Below are positions 9,937 to 19,406 of a stretch of 64,000 bases of DNA, in pieces. The first letter of the stretch is position 1; every line of letters begins with the position of its first letter. The translations under genes and the position numbers were made by a program. The DNA comes from Candidatus Cryptobacteroides sp. (lineage in GTDB: Bacteria > Bacteroidota > Bacteroidia > Bacteroidales > UBA932): NCBI GenBank assembly GCA_045130395.1, contig JBGUPS010000014.1, positions 22,228 to 86,227 of the forward strand, written 5' to 3'. A model generated the notes under the pieces. The model made no database searches. It saw only the letters and a program-made list of their open reading frames with translations, and had not been told where the DNA came from.

Positions 9937-11487
9937 ATGAGAACCAAATCTTTGTTTGTATTTGCGCTGGCAGCGGTTGCGCTGGCTGTCGCCTGCAAAA
10001 AAACTTCCCCGACCACTGAGATAAGCGAGGAAATCAGTTTCCGCATGGCCAACTCTCCCGTGTCGGTGAGCACCAAGACCGACCCGATCACCAGCCTTTC
10101 TTCCTTCGGCGTCACAGCCACTACGGGCACAAGCGGTGCCGAGATACCCGCCTGGGAAAATGTCACCTTCTCCGGCTGGGAAATCTTTACCGGCGGCAAA
10201 TGGTGGCCGGAGACCGACCCGGGCTTCCGTTTCTATGCCGCCAACACCCCTATCTCGCTGGTGCACGGCGAGGCTGTCCTGCAGGTTCAGAATACCAGCG
10301 ACGCCGTGGTCGCCTATCTGCCCAATCCGGCCTATAAGACCGTGAACAACATTGCCTTCCAGCACATCTTTGCCCGTTTGAGGAACATTTCGGTAGGCAT
10401 CGAACCCGGTTATACGCTCAGTGACGTTTCCGTGCGCCTGACGCCCAAGACCGGCGGCTCATTCCACATCGCCAGCGGATATGGCCAGAACAACGGTACG
10501 GGCTGGAGCGATGTCACGGACGGCACCGTCCAGCAGCTGAGCGAAAGCACGGGCGGCAACAAGCTGATCGACCTGTATCTGGTCCCCGGCGAATACGTTC
10601 TCACCGCCTCCTGGACGGCCACCAAGGGCGATTTCTCCATCACGCATACCGACAAACGCTATGTAGCTGCGCTGATGGGCGGCAAGGAGAACAACCTCTC
10701 CATCACTTTATTCGGAGAGGAATCGGACGAAAGCAGCGCCCATTTCAGCGTAAGCCTGGAGCAGTGGGGCACGACGGAAGACGAAGCCCAGTTCACTCCG
10801 GACATTTTCAACGGCCACGATTATGTGGACCTGGGCCTGCGTGACAGCCAAGGCCAGAAAGTCCTCTTTGGTACCATGAACGTAGGCGCCACAAGCGTGT
10901 ACGATTTCGGAGACCGCCTTCCCTGGGGCGAAACACAAATCCGTTATACGTCCACCCAGAACGGCACCACCTTCTCCGGCGCCAACTTTGACTGGCAGTC
11001 CTACCTGTTCGCCGATGGCCAGAGTAATCGTCTCACCAAATACTGCACCCAGGCCGCTTATAGCGCCGACGGTTATGTAGACGGACTATCGACCCTGTGC
11101 GAAACCGATGATGCCGCCTCCGTACAATGGGGAGGAAAATGGCAGATGCCGGAACGCGAGCATTTCCAGCTCCTGCTCAACAACTCGCTGGTTTCGTTTA
11201 TCTGGGTCGATAATTACCAGAACTCCTCCGTTTCCGGCTATCTGTTCACAGGAAAGGGAGCCTATTCCAATGCCTCCATCTTCCTGCCGGCGGCCGGTCA
11301 CTTCAGCCTCAGCAATCCTTACGACGTGAATAAAAAAGGCGAATACTGGTGCCGTTCGCTGGGTTCCGGAACGCCCGAGAAAGCCGTTTACATGCTCTTC
11401 TCGTCCACCACCTATCAACTGGGGCAGGAAGGTGTCGACCGTTTCCAGCCGCGGAGTGTCCGTCCCGTCATCCTTGTAGCCGAGTAG
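9937..11487 (+). CDS. fimbrillin-family lipoprotein with C-terminal CLec-like (YVDLGL...RSVRPV) domain
   Basis: Lipobox AVAC; F.FYA and FQHIFARL fimbrillin motifs; C-terminal NGHDYVDLGL..NVGA..WGET..IFLPAAG..YW..RSVRPV. Confidence 0.75.
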   Translation: MRTKSLFVFALAAVALAVACKKTSPTTEISEEISFRMANSPVSVSTKTDPITSLSSFGVTATTGTSGAEIPAWENVTFSGWEIFTGGKWWPETDPGFRFYAANTPISLVHGEAVLQVQNTSDAVVAYLPNPAYKTVNNIAFQHIFARLRNISVGIEPGYTLSDVSVRLTPKTGGSFHIASGYGQNNGTGWSDVTDGTVQQLSESTGGNKLIDLYLVPGEYVLTASWTATKGDFSITHTDKRYVAALMGGKENNLSITLFGEESDESSAHFSVSLEQWGTTEDEAQFTPDIFNGHDYVDLGLRDSQGQKVLFGTMNVGATSVYDFGDRLPWGETQIRYTSTQNGTTFSGANFDWQSYLFADGQSNRLTKYCTQAAYSADGYVDGLSTLCETDDAASVQWGGKWQMPEREHFQLLLNNSLVSFIWVDNYQNSSVSGYLFTGKGAYSNASIFLPAAGHFSLSNPYDVNKKGEYWCRSLGSGTPEKAVYMLFSSTTYQLGQEGVDRFQPRSVRPVILVAE

Positions 11488-11491
11488 TCCT

Positions 11492-14400
11492 ATGAAACCC
11501 ATCAGAAGTTATTGGGGTGCCCTTCTGGCACTGCTGGCCGTCCTTTCCTGTTCCCGTGGCACATACGGTCACGACACGTTCCCCGGAAACCAAGACCAGA
11601 CCGGGCAGGTGGCGCTGCGTATCACCACGGACACCAAAAGTGTACTGCCATCGACGCTGGAAACAGCGGTAAAAACGCTTCTGGTGGTCCTTTGCAGGGA
11701 CGATGACCCTTCCCAATGGAAGAGCCTGTACCAACAGGGCGATGCACCGGTGATGGTCCCGCTGCGACTGAATCAGGCCTACACGGCTTACGCCTTCGTG
11801 AACATGGGGAATGTCCTGGCGGATATTCCCCGTGCGGAGGGCGGCGCACTGGATTTTCCCGCTTTCAGCTACACCATAAGCAGTTATGAACAGCTGAAAG
11901 AAGAGGGTTTTCCCATGGCGGGGAAACTGTCGCTTTCCGCTGACAAGTCGCTGAGCGAGAGCCCGTTCACCCTTACCGTGGACCGGCTCATGGCCAAGGT
12001 GTTGGTCAACGTGGACGGTGTGAGCATGGACGAAGGGTGCGTGTATATGCGGAATGTCGCCAACACCGTTTATCCCTTCGCCGCCGAAGAAGACCGGCGG
12101 GCCCGTTCCCGCGCCCAGATCTTTGAAGGAAACACCGACTGGGAAGCGTTCCTGAGTGCGGAAAGCATGAACGGACGGAGCCAGACGCTGGTGTTCTACG
12201 TGCCGGAGAACTGCCAGGGGCAGTTGCTCTCCACCCAGATGCAGTGGCAGAAATCGGCCGATTTCATGGACGACCAGGCCGCCACCCTGTGCACCTACCT
12301 GGAATTCCAGGCGCAGAAAGGTGGCACGCAAGACGGTGTCTCGGGGCCTGTCACCTACCGCTGCTACCTGGGAGAGAATACCGCCAACGACTTCTCCGTC
12401 GTTCGCAATGGCGTGTACCTGGCGCAGTTGTCGCTCAGCTGGGACGGACTTTTCTCCGGGCAGACCTGGCGTATCGACGCATCGGGGCTCAGCGACGCAA
12501 GGCAGCTGCGCCTGTGTACGCAGGCACGGACGCTGGAGGAGGAAGTATCGGACCTGGGGAAAGTGAAGCGGAGAAAGAGCTTCGCCCTTTATGTGAACTT
12601 CAGCCGGGACCTGGGCGCCAGTTGGGTGGAAGGTGCCAAAGACGTGAATACCTGGCCCTTTGGCTGGAACCTGTACATCGACGGTATCCGGCAGCAAGAG
12701 GGACTGGAGGGAACCGCCGACGGAGATATTGGCTGGACGTTTTCCAGCACAGCGTCCGGAGACTGCCTTCAGATAACGCCCGGCCCGGCCGCCGTCCTCA
12801 AATCCGAACATACTTTGCAGGTGGTCACCGCTGACGGCCAGGTAGCTTCCAACAGCGTCCGATTCCAAATCGAGCAGCCTTTTACCAGTCGATGGACCGG
12901 GAACGCCGTTCCGCACTTTGTCGCGCAGCGGGGCTTGCTCCAGTGTATCGACCCTGAAACGGATGCGCCGAGTGCGGAAGGGGTGTTTCACAGTGCCCGA
13001 CCCGACAGAATCCTCATCCGCGACAACGGGGACGGAACGGCCCATATCAGCCTCCTGGCACCCTTTGAGGCCGATTCCACCGCCGTTTACCTGACCGACG
13101 AGGCAGGCGACAGGCGCTGCAACGTCCCCCTGGAGGCCCTGCTCCCCTACTTTGGCGGAAGCCCGCTGCGCACCTGCCTGATAGACGAATGGGCCAATCT
13201 CCGTTTTGCTTATTACCAGGACGAGGCATTGACTCAGGCTCTCACGCTGTCCTCCGATCCGGAAAACCCGGTGTGCGGGAACAGGCTGGATGCCGAACTG
13301 GCCGGGGAATGCCTTGCGCCACGGGCTGTTTCCGAGCAAGGGAAACTGGCCTTTGAGCGCCATGTGGCCAGGGATGGAAGCTTTTTCCTGCGAACCTATG
13401 TGTGCGACTATGCCGGCCTCTCCCCTTCCGGGACGGTCTTTGAGGTGGATCAGGTGCAGCTTTCCCTGGATGCTTACCCCTCCAGAGGCACGTACAGCAC
13501 CGTTTTCCGGGCTTATAATCCGTGGGTGCACATCAGCGGCGTAGCGGCAGGAGCGGTGCTCAACGACTACACCCTGTACCGCGAGCCCAACCGCAATGCT
13601 CCCTATACTGGCTGGGAGTCCGCGCCGTCCGGTGCTCCGGAAGAAAGCGGGAACTACACTGTGGGGATTGGCCCCCTGGTTGCGCTGGGGAAGCTGCACG
13701 GATACGATGTCCGCTTCGCCGAAAGCGGAAGTACGGTGGGAAGCATCTGTTCCGGAACGCCCGGAACCGTATCGCCCGACTGCCAGCCGCACCTGTGGAG
13801 CCTGCGCCTGAGCGCATCGGCCAGTTTGTCCGAGACCGGGCAGGAGCAACTGCTGCGCTACCTAAGCAGGCAGGGCCACCCGTTCCTGAATACGGAAGAC
13901 ATGATGGACTGCCTGGCCCAGCGGGGCTACAGCTTCATTGTAGGAGGCGCCTATCTGTCGGAAGCAGCGGCCAATCAGGCCCGTCCCGGCACTACTATCC
14001 CCGGAAGCAGTTTTAGCGTATACCACAACGCTTCTTCATACAACTGGACACTGACCTACGGAATGAAAGGAGTGGGCCGTTGTGCCATCCTCACACACAG
14101 CGCCGGAAAGATCCGGGTCTCGCTGCAGCTCAGGTGCCCGTACGGCTCCTCTGCCCTATCCATGCCTGTCCTTGAGGCATACATGCGCCTGCATGTGTAT
14201 CTGTGGCCGCAGGCGGAACTGGCAGGAGGAAACCGTTTCCGGGCATCGGTCAGTTTCCCGTATAGCCAGACGGAGGGCCTGCCGGACTTTTCCAGGAAAG
14301 GCGCCGGACTTCTGGATGTAGCTGCCTCCCTGAGCACGGGAGCCGGTATAGCCGGGCTGGAAAGCGGTGGTGAGGCCGCCGCCCAAATGCGGGGCGCAGC

Positions 14401-14674
14401 CACGTGGCGCTGGAGCGGAAGCACTCCGGTACAGAATCTGGGCACAGCACTGACCCCTTGTTCCCCCGCCCCCTTCACCTGGGCAAGCGCCGGAACGCTG
14501 GACACCCTGGCCCCCGGCTGTTTTTACCGGGTTTCCGACTTCGAATTGCGCTACGACCCCGGCGGCACCGCGCACACCTACAGTTCCGGAACCGCCAACG
14601 AACTGAAACTCTTTGTCTTCTACTTGTATACGGGAGAGGTAAGGACGCTCAAACCTTCCTTTTACGTTCCTTAG
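11492..14674 (+). CDS. large pilus tip/adhesin lipoprotein, DUF4906-like
   Basis: Lipobox VLSC; VDRLMAKV, FYVPENCQG, TYRCYLGEN..NDFSVVRN motifs. Confidence 0.7.
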   Translation: MKPIRSYWGALLALLAVLSCSRGTYGHDTFPGNQDQTGQVALRITTDTKSVLPSTLETAVKTLLVVLCRDDDPSQWKSLYQQGDAPVMVPLRLNQAYTAYAFVNMGNVLADIPRAEGGALDFPAFSYTISSYEQLKEEGFPMAGKLSLSADKSLSESPFTLTVDRLMAKVLVNVDGVSMDEGCVYMRNVANTVYPFAAEEDRRARSRAQIFEGNTDWEAFLSAESMNGRSQTLVFYVPENCQGQLLSTQMQWQKSADFMDDQAATLCTYLEFQAQKGGTQDGVSGPVTYRCYLGENTANDFSVVRNGVYLAQLSLSWDGLFSGQTWRIDASGLSDARQLRLCTQARTLEEEVSDLGKVKRRKSFALYVNFSRDLGASWVEGAKDVNTWPFGWNLYIDGIRQQEGLEGTADGDIGWTFSSTASGDCLQITPGPAAVLKSEHTLQVVTADGQVASNSVRFQIEQPFTSRWTGNAVPHFVAQRGLLQCIDPETDAPSAEGVFHSARPDRILIRDNGDGTAHISLLAPFEADSTAVYLTDEAGDRRCNVPLEALLPYFGGSPLRTCLIDEWANLRFAYYQDEALTQALTLSSDPENPVCGNRLDAELAGECLAPRAVSEQGKLAFERHVARDGSFFLRTYVCDYAGLSPSGTVFEVDQVQLSLDAYPSRGTYSTVFRAYNPWVHISGVAAGAVLNDYTLYREPNRNAPYTGWESAPSGAPEESGNYTVGIGPLVALGKLHGYDVRFAESGSTVGSICSGTPGTVSPDCQPHLWSLRLSASASLSETGQEQLLRYLSRQGHPFLNTEDMMDCLAQRGYSFIVGGAYLSEAAANQARPGTTIPGSSFSVYHNASSYNWTLTYGMKGVGRCAILTHSAGKIRVSLQLRCPYGSSALSMPVLEAYMRLHVYLWPQAELAGGNRFRASVSFPYSQTEGLPDFSRKGAGLLDVAASLSTGAGIAGLESGGEAAAQMRGAATWRWSGSTPVQNLGTALTPCSPAPFTWASAGTLDTLAPGCFYRVSDFELRYDPGGTAHTYSSGTANELKLFVFYLYTGEVRTLKPSFYVP

Positions 14675-14677
14675 TGC

Positions 14678-14711
14678 ACAGCCATCGGTTTTTTGCCGAT
14701 GGCTGTTTTTT
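14678..14711 (+). terminator. intrinsic terminator of the pilus operon
   Basis: ACAGCCATCGG (14678-14688) / CCGATGGCTGT (14696-14706) then T-run. Confidence 0.8.
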
Positions 14712-14727
14712 CATTATATTTGCAGGA

Positions 14728-15387
14728 ATGTTCCGTCGCCTTGTATATCTGACACTTACCGCCGTGGTGCTCCTCTCCTGCTCCGCGACGCGGAAAGCCG
14801 CGAAGGCTACCAAGCAAATGCCCCTGACAGACCCCGTGGAGATAGCCCAATCGCAGCAGCGTGCGCAGGAAGTGGCGGATTCCATCGAACGGGTCCGTTC
14901 GGGCGAGGCGGCAGTCATGGCGACCCCGCCGCAGACATCCGGTAAGGGCGGCGCGAAATCATCGACAAAAGAAACCAAGGCGAAGACGCTCAGCGATAAA
15001 GTGGTGGCCTATGCCCGGAAATTCCTGGGCACTCCGTACAAACTGGGGGCATCGGGTCCGTCCCGCTTCGACTGTTCCGGTTACACTACGTACGTGTTCA
15101 AGCACTTCGGCTATGAAATTACACCCTTCACCGGTGCCCAGTACAAGGAAGGGCGGCCTGTCCACGGCTATTCCGAGCTGCAGAAGGGCGATTTGGTGTT
15201 CTTTGGCAAGCGCGGCAGCGTGCGGGATATCGGCCATGTGGGCATCGTGGTTTCTGTGGATTACAACCGCGGCAGTTTCCGTTTCATCCATGCCTCCACT
15301 TCCGGCGGCGTAATCGAAAGCGAATCCACCCAGTCCTATTACATGATGCGTTATATCGGTGCGCGACGCATTTTGCCTGACGAATAA
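14728..15387 (+). CDS. NlpC/P60 (C40) cell-wall peptidase lipoprotein
   Basis: Lipobox LLSC; FLGTPYKLG, FDCSGY (catalytic Cys), GHVGI, FIHAS. Confidence 0.92.
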   Translation: MFRRLVYLTLTAVVLLSCSATRKAAKATKQMPLTDPVEIAQSQQRAQEVADSIERVRSGEAAVMATPPQTSGKGGAKSSTKETKAKTLSDKVVAYARKFLGTPYKLGASGPSRFDCSGYTTYVFKHFGYEITPFTGAQYKEGRPVHGYSELQKGDLVFFGKRGSVRDIGHVGIVVSVDYNRGSFRFIHASTSGGVIESESTQSYYMMRYIGARRILPDE

Positions 15388-15420
15388 TTTTTATTATTTT
15401 TGCAGCCACGTTCAACCATC

Positions 15421-15817
15421 GGGGGTGTTTTGGTTTTGACAGCGCTGATGCTGGACGGTAAGCATGTCGGGCCTCGGAACCTGTCCCGTAAAACGCAGAT
15501 TCCAAAAAATCAGTTGCCAACAACAACTATGCACTCGCTGCTTAATTTGCCAAGCAAATTAACTTAATCCGCCTCGCCAAGGCTGCGGGGCCGACGAGTA
15601 TCCCTCGGAACTTCCGCCTCATAAGGGCCGATCAAGGGGTATCATTCATTTGGGGCCGCTCCGGAGGACGCCTCTAAATCCGGCTAAGACTTAAAGGCTA
15701 AGGGAAGCTTCGCCCGCCTTCCGGCAGGGCTTCTTCGAAAACCAAAGGACGGATAAGCATGTAGAAAGCCGCCTGGTGCGACGTTTGGACAGCGGTTCGA
15801 GTCCGCTCACCTCCACC
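15421..15817 (+). ncRNA. ssrA: tmRNA
   Basis: 5' GGGGGTG pairs with CACCTCC(ACC) at 15808-15817; T-arm GGTTCGAGTCC; tag ORF 15516-15545 encodes ANNNYALAA*; TATTTTTG promoter at 15395-15402. Confidence 0.97.
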
Positions 15818-15819
15818 TT

Positions 15820-15846
15820 AAAAAGGGCCCTTCCAGGGCCTTTTTT
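15820..15846 (+). terminator. terminator after tmRNA
   Basis: AAAAAGGGCCC-TTCCA-GGGCCTTTTTT hairpin with T-run. Confidence 0.65.
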
Positions 15847-15984
15847 CGTGGAGGTGAATATGCCCACGTTACCCCACCCCAACCCCCTCCCTCGGGGAGG
15901 GGCTCCGCCGCAGAAGCGGCGGGGCGCTCTTCGAGCGCTTTCGGCCTTCGGCCTCAAAGACAGGTAGAAGACATTTTTCTGTCC

Positions 15985-16120
15985 TGCCGCGATTGCAGCT
16001 AGAACTGCCTTAAATGACGATTTCTTGTAAACGCGGCATGGATTTCAGACTTTTTCCCCAAAATCGCTGCCGCGATTGCAGCCGAAATACCGTAGAACAA
16101 TGATTTTTTGTAAACGCGGC
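15985..16120 (+). repeat. about 135-bp four-arm repeat, copy 1
   Basis: Two tandem units of GCCGCGATTGCA-N28-TG(T/C)AA(A/T)CGCGGC; homologous to 17620-17755 and 20181-20315. Confidence 0.85.
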
Positions 16121-16135
16121 GACAGCATCTCCCCC

Positions 16136-16200
16136 GTCATGCCCGGCCTGTCTCCTCATCCCGGGCTTGACCCTCCTCATCCCGGGCTTGACCCGGGATC
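16136..16200 (+). repeat. REP-like palindrome cluster
   Basis: GTCATGCCCGG half-site plus CCTCATCCCGGGCTTGACCCGGGATC (16175-16200), the exact reverse complement of 28147-28172. Confidence 0.75.
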
Positions 16201-16205
16201 ACCTC

Positions 16206-17564
16206 CTACTTCATTGCTTTTACCACCGAGGCCTTTACGGTGAAGAAGTTGTTGGTGCCGGGGGTTAGGATGCGGTATTGACCCTTGTTGCCCCAGGAGG
16301 CGGGGCGGTCTTTGATTTCCATGTCTTCGCCGGTGTCGTTGGAGACGTAAGGGGCGATGACACTATGCCAACCCTTGATGCGGTTCATGGAAGCCTCGGC
16401 CTCGAAATCGCCCGCACAGAGCTCCTGGAGGCATTTTTTGTAGTAGGCCTTCCACTCGGGTTTGCCCAGCAACTTGACGATGAGCGGGTTGCTGTCCGAG
16501 CCCCAGCGGTAAGGGTCCTGTCGGCCGGAGTCACTCTGCGAACCGCAGTCATGGCTGGTGCCCAGGGTATTGTCGTAATCGTAAGGAATGAAGAAAAACT
16601 TCCCGTCGGGGTTGAAGTAAAAATAGAAGTTGTTGGTGTTGTTCCAATAATCGTCCCACATGCCTACGGCCACGTTTACGGCATAGGTTTTCAGGAGCAG
16701 TTCCACGTCCATGGTCTCCTCCGCCCAGGAGTAGAAGGCCTCCCCTTTCAGGCCATTGAGCTGGCGGATGAAGTTCCGGAGTTGTAACTTGGCCGCTTCG
16801 AAGTCTTCGGCCCCGGACTTGAGTTCGTAGGTGTAGTCGTTCTCGTTGTCATCGACCCCCATCCAGGCATTGACATCACGGAGAGAAGCGCCGTAGCGGG
16901 CCTTCCACAGGTGGCCGTCCTTGCCGCCGAAGAGGTCCTTGCGGTGCTTGAGGTAGCTTCCGCGCACATGCTCCATGAGTTCGTACACGCCCATGTAGGT
17001 TTCTTTCCCGCCGATGGTGACCCACAGCCGCGCATAGCCCGCACTGATGGCCGTCCATACGCCGGCACGGTGGAAAAGGTCGTAGCAATAGACTTCCCGG
17101 CAATAGGCGGGATCGTCCTTAAACCATTTGAGGTCCAGGCGGCTTGCACCCAGCAATTTCTGATTGTCGATGTACTCTTCGAAATGCAGGCCGAAGTGCA
17201 CGTGGTGCAGGTTTCCGGCCTCTCCGGGATAGCGACGGGAGGTGTTGCCCTTGAGACGGAGGCCGGCGCCTTTTATCGACTCGGAAATGACTCCGTCGGA
17301 ATACGAAACGTCACAATGGATGTACTGCTGCGTGTTGTTATTCTTGTTGAAGGCATCCAGGAGCACCTTCCACTGGGCCTCCGTGACGCTGATGCGCACC
17401 TCCGGCACTTTCCCGCTCGTGGGCAATACGGGAATGACCCGCGGGGGGATCTGTGCCAGTTCGGGGATCTCAGGCAGCTGGCTGTCGTCCGGCCCCGGAA
17501 GAATCTCCTTCCGCCCGCACGCCACGGCTAAAACAAGTAGCAATATTCCCAGTGTACGCTTCAT
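16206..17564 (-). CDS. CotH-kinase-family lipoprotein
   Basis: Lipobox AVAC; GLRLKGNTSR, YMGVYELME, WDDYWNNTNNFYFY, FIPYDYDNTLG. Confidence 0.85.
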   Translation of the reverse strand: MKRTLGILLLVLAVACGRKEILPGPDDSQLPEIPELAQIPPRVIPVLPTSGKVPEVRISVTEAQWKVLLDAFNKNNNTQQYIHCDVSYSDGVISESIKGAGLRLKGNTSRRYPGEAGNLHHVHFGLHFEEYIDNQKLLGASRLDLKWFKDDPAYCREVYCYDLFHRAGVWTAISAGYARLWVTIGGKETYMGVYELMEHVRGSYLKHRKDLFGGKDGHLWKARYGASLRDVNAWMGVDDNENDYTYELKSGAEDFEAAKLQLRNFIRQLNGLKGEAFYSWAEETMDVELLLKTYAVNVAVGMWDDYWNNTNNFYFYFNPDGKFFFIPYDYDNTLGTSHDCGSQSDSGRQDPYRWGSDSNPLIVKLLGKPEWKAYYKKCLQELCAGDFEAEASMNRIKGWHSVIAPYVSNDTGEDMEIKDRPASWGNKGQYRILTPGTNNFFTVKASVVKAMK

Positions 17565-17619
17565 GCTTACAAAGATAAGGTATTTTTCTATCTTTTGCCA
17601 TGACGATGGGACCCGCGCT

Positions 17620-17755
17620 TGCCGCGATTGCAGCTAGAACGGCCTCAAATGACGATTTCTTGCAAACGCGGCACGGATTTCAGCCTTTTTACTCCAAATC
17701 GCTGCCGCGATTGCAGCCCAAATACCGTAGCACAGCGATTTTTTGTAATCGCGGC
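17620..17755 (+). repeat. about 135-bp four-arm repeat, copy 2
   Basis: Arms at 17621-17632, 17661-17672, 17704-17715 and 17744-17755; 28-nt loops; 83-bp unit period. Confidence 0.85.
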
Positions 17756-17770
17756 CGAAACGCTTTCCCT

Positions 17771-17839
17771 CGTCATGCCTCCCGCGTTCCGTCATGCCCT
17801 CCCCGCTTTCCGTCATGCCCGGCCCCGACCGGGCATCTC
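17771..17839 (+). repeat. REP-like cluster (tandem CGTCATGCC half-sites ending in a full palindrome)
   Basis: GTCATGCCCGGCCCCGACCGGGCATCTC at 17812-17839, identical to 20394-20421 and to the reverse complement of 27794-27821. Confidence 0.8.
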
Positions 17840-18097
17840 CTTGCGCGAAGGTCCAGGTGGTGGACCCTCAGTACACCTTCCTCCTGTGGTGCAAATGGTT
17901 GGCGGCCTTTTTGTCAATGGTTGGTTTTTACACTGCCAACCTTTGACATCATACCCCTAATCCACATAACTCAAGTGCCATTCCCCTGCAAAAGGTTGGT
18001 CGCACAAAAACCAACCTTTTGCGGGTCACACGCAAAATTCCGTGGGCATGCAATCAATTAACTTGTGCGGTAACTCTATTTTCGCTATCTTTAGACC

Positions 18098-18265
18098 ATG
18101 AAACTGTTACTTGCATTAAGCTTTGTTGCGGCGCTGGCGGAGGAAGGCCTCCGCGGCAACTACGGCCTGCAAGTGGAAAAGACCATCCGCAATATTGGCA
18201 CCATCGGCAGTGCCGGCATGAAAGCCGCGGACCGGATGATTTTGGAGATCATGCTATGCAAATGA
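18098..18265 (+). pseudogene. 55-aa ORF resembling the extreme C-terminus of YhaM/UPF0597 (serine-dehydratase-like) proteins
   Basis: Manual translation ...GLQVEKTIRNIGTIGSAGMKAADRMILEIMLCK*; resemblance recalled, not searched. Confidence 0.45.
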
Positions 18266-18441
18266 AAAGGTGGTTTGCCTATATAGCCTGTCTGGGCGTG
18301 CTGCTGGTGGCTTGCAACAAGTCGCCGGCCATCAGCGCCGCGGCGGCATGCCTGGTGGTGGCCGTGGCCATTGTCCTGGGCATTGTTTTGGTCATGGAAA
18401 CTCCCCAGCGGCTATTCTCTAAACGCATTTTACCCCATTGA
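18262..18441 (+). CDS. 59-aa hydrophobic ORF (lipobox LVAC followed by a second hydrophobic stretch), possibly a gene remnant
   Basis: MKRWFAYIACLGVLLVACNKSPAISAAAACLVVAVAIVLGIVLV...; coupled to both neighbours. Confidence 0.35.
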   Translation: MKRWFAYIACLGVLLVACNKSPAISAAAACLVVAVAIVLGIVLVMETPQRLFSKRILPH

Positions 18442-18442
18442 T

Positions 18443-19063
18443 ATGAAAAAGCTTGTACTTGCATTTGCGGCCCTGCTGTTTGCCTTTGCAGCAGCCCTGG
18501 CGCAGACTCCCGAAGAAATTGTCAGCCGCATGGAGGCGGAAATGAACAGCCATGCAGGCGAAGGCATTGCCATGACGGTGGACATCAAAATTCCTATCCT
18601 GGGAACGGCCACCAGCCGCAGTTATGTGTATGGCAGCAAGCTCCGCGTGGAAATGAAGACGATGGGCGTCCAGGTAGTGACCTGGAGCGACGGCGAGACG
18701 TCCTGGACCTATGTTTCCAAGGACAACTCCCTTACCATCCAATCTGCCGGCCATAAAAAGGCCAACACCGGCGACACGGAACTGTTCATGGGCATCACCG
18801 ACGGCTACGACGTGTCGATGAAGAAGGAAACCGCCGGCGCCTGGCATCTCCTGTGCAAGAAGTCCAAGGGCAACAAGGACGAGGACGACCCCAAGACCAT
18901 GGACCTGGTGGTGTCCAAGAAGAACTATTATCCACTGAGTCTCAAGGCATCCATGTCCGGCATGACCATGACCATGCGCGACATTTCCTTTGACGTCACC
19001 GAGGCCGATGTCACCTTCGACGCCGCCCGGTACCCCGACGCCAAGGTCACCGACAAGCGGTAG
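18443..19063 (+). CDS. LolA-like outer-membrane lipoprotein carrier/sorting protein
   Basis: Signal peptide; QTPEEIVSRM, WSDGETSWTY, VTFDAARYPDAKVTDKR beta-rich LolA-like pattern. Confidence 0.7.
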   Translation: MKKLVLAFAALLFAFAAALAQTPEEIVSRMEAEMNSHAGEGIAMTVDIKIPILGTATSRSYVYGSKLRVEMKTMGVQVVTWSDGETSWTYVSKDNSLTIQSAGHKKANTGDTELFMGITDGYDVSMKKETAGAWHLLCKKSKGNKDEDDPKTMDLVVSKKNYYPLSLKASMSGMTMTMRDISFDVTEADVTFDAARYPDAKVTDKR

Positions 19064-19272
19064 GCGTCCAATTCTCCAACATGAAGGGCCTGCCCAAGGG
19101 GCCTGTCGTGGTAGCGGGCACCCTGGGCCGGAGCCCCCTCGTTGATGAACGGGTCCGAACAGGCCTGGTGGATGTCAAAAATAAGAATTAATATTTTGAC
19201 ATTCCATTTTGGAAAAGCAAGTTTTTCTGTCGTCAATGGGAATATAATTCTTTGGGCGAAAGGCCAAAAACT

Positions 19273-19303
19273 TTTGTAGTTTCAAGAAATAGCATTACCT
19301 TTG
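19273..19303 (+). promoter_or_regulatory. Bacteroidetes primary-sigma promoter with no downstream sense ORF
   Basis: TTTG (19273-19276), 19 nt, TACCTTTG (19296-19303): full consensus. Confidence 0.65.
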
Positions 19304-19307
19304 TACC

Positions 19308-19406
19308 GGATTCGTCAAGGGGAATTCGGGAAGAAGGGATGACAACCCTCTCAAGGAAACTTGATGCGAGCCCCAAAAGTCGCTGCCTAAGCGGCTTTTA
19401 TTTTTT
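19308..19406 (+). ncRNA. candidate structured small RNA convergent on the LPD3-like gene
   Basis: Promoter upstream; P1 GGGG/CCCC plus TTCG/CGAG, P2 AGGG/CCCT, P3 TCAAG-GAAA-CTTGA; terminator AAAAGTCGC/GCGGCTTTT plus T-run; ends are approximate. Confidence 0.5.

Noticed and set aside
9937-15400. Complete diversity-generating retroelement
   Set aside because: No reverse transcriptase ORF and no template repeat found in the window; only the target-like domain is reported.
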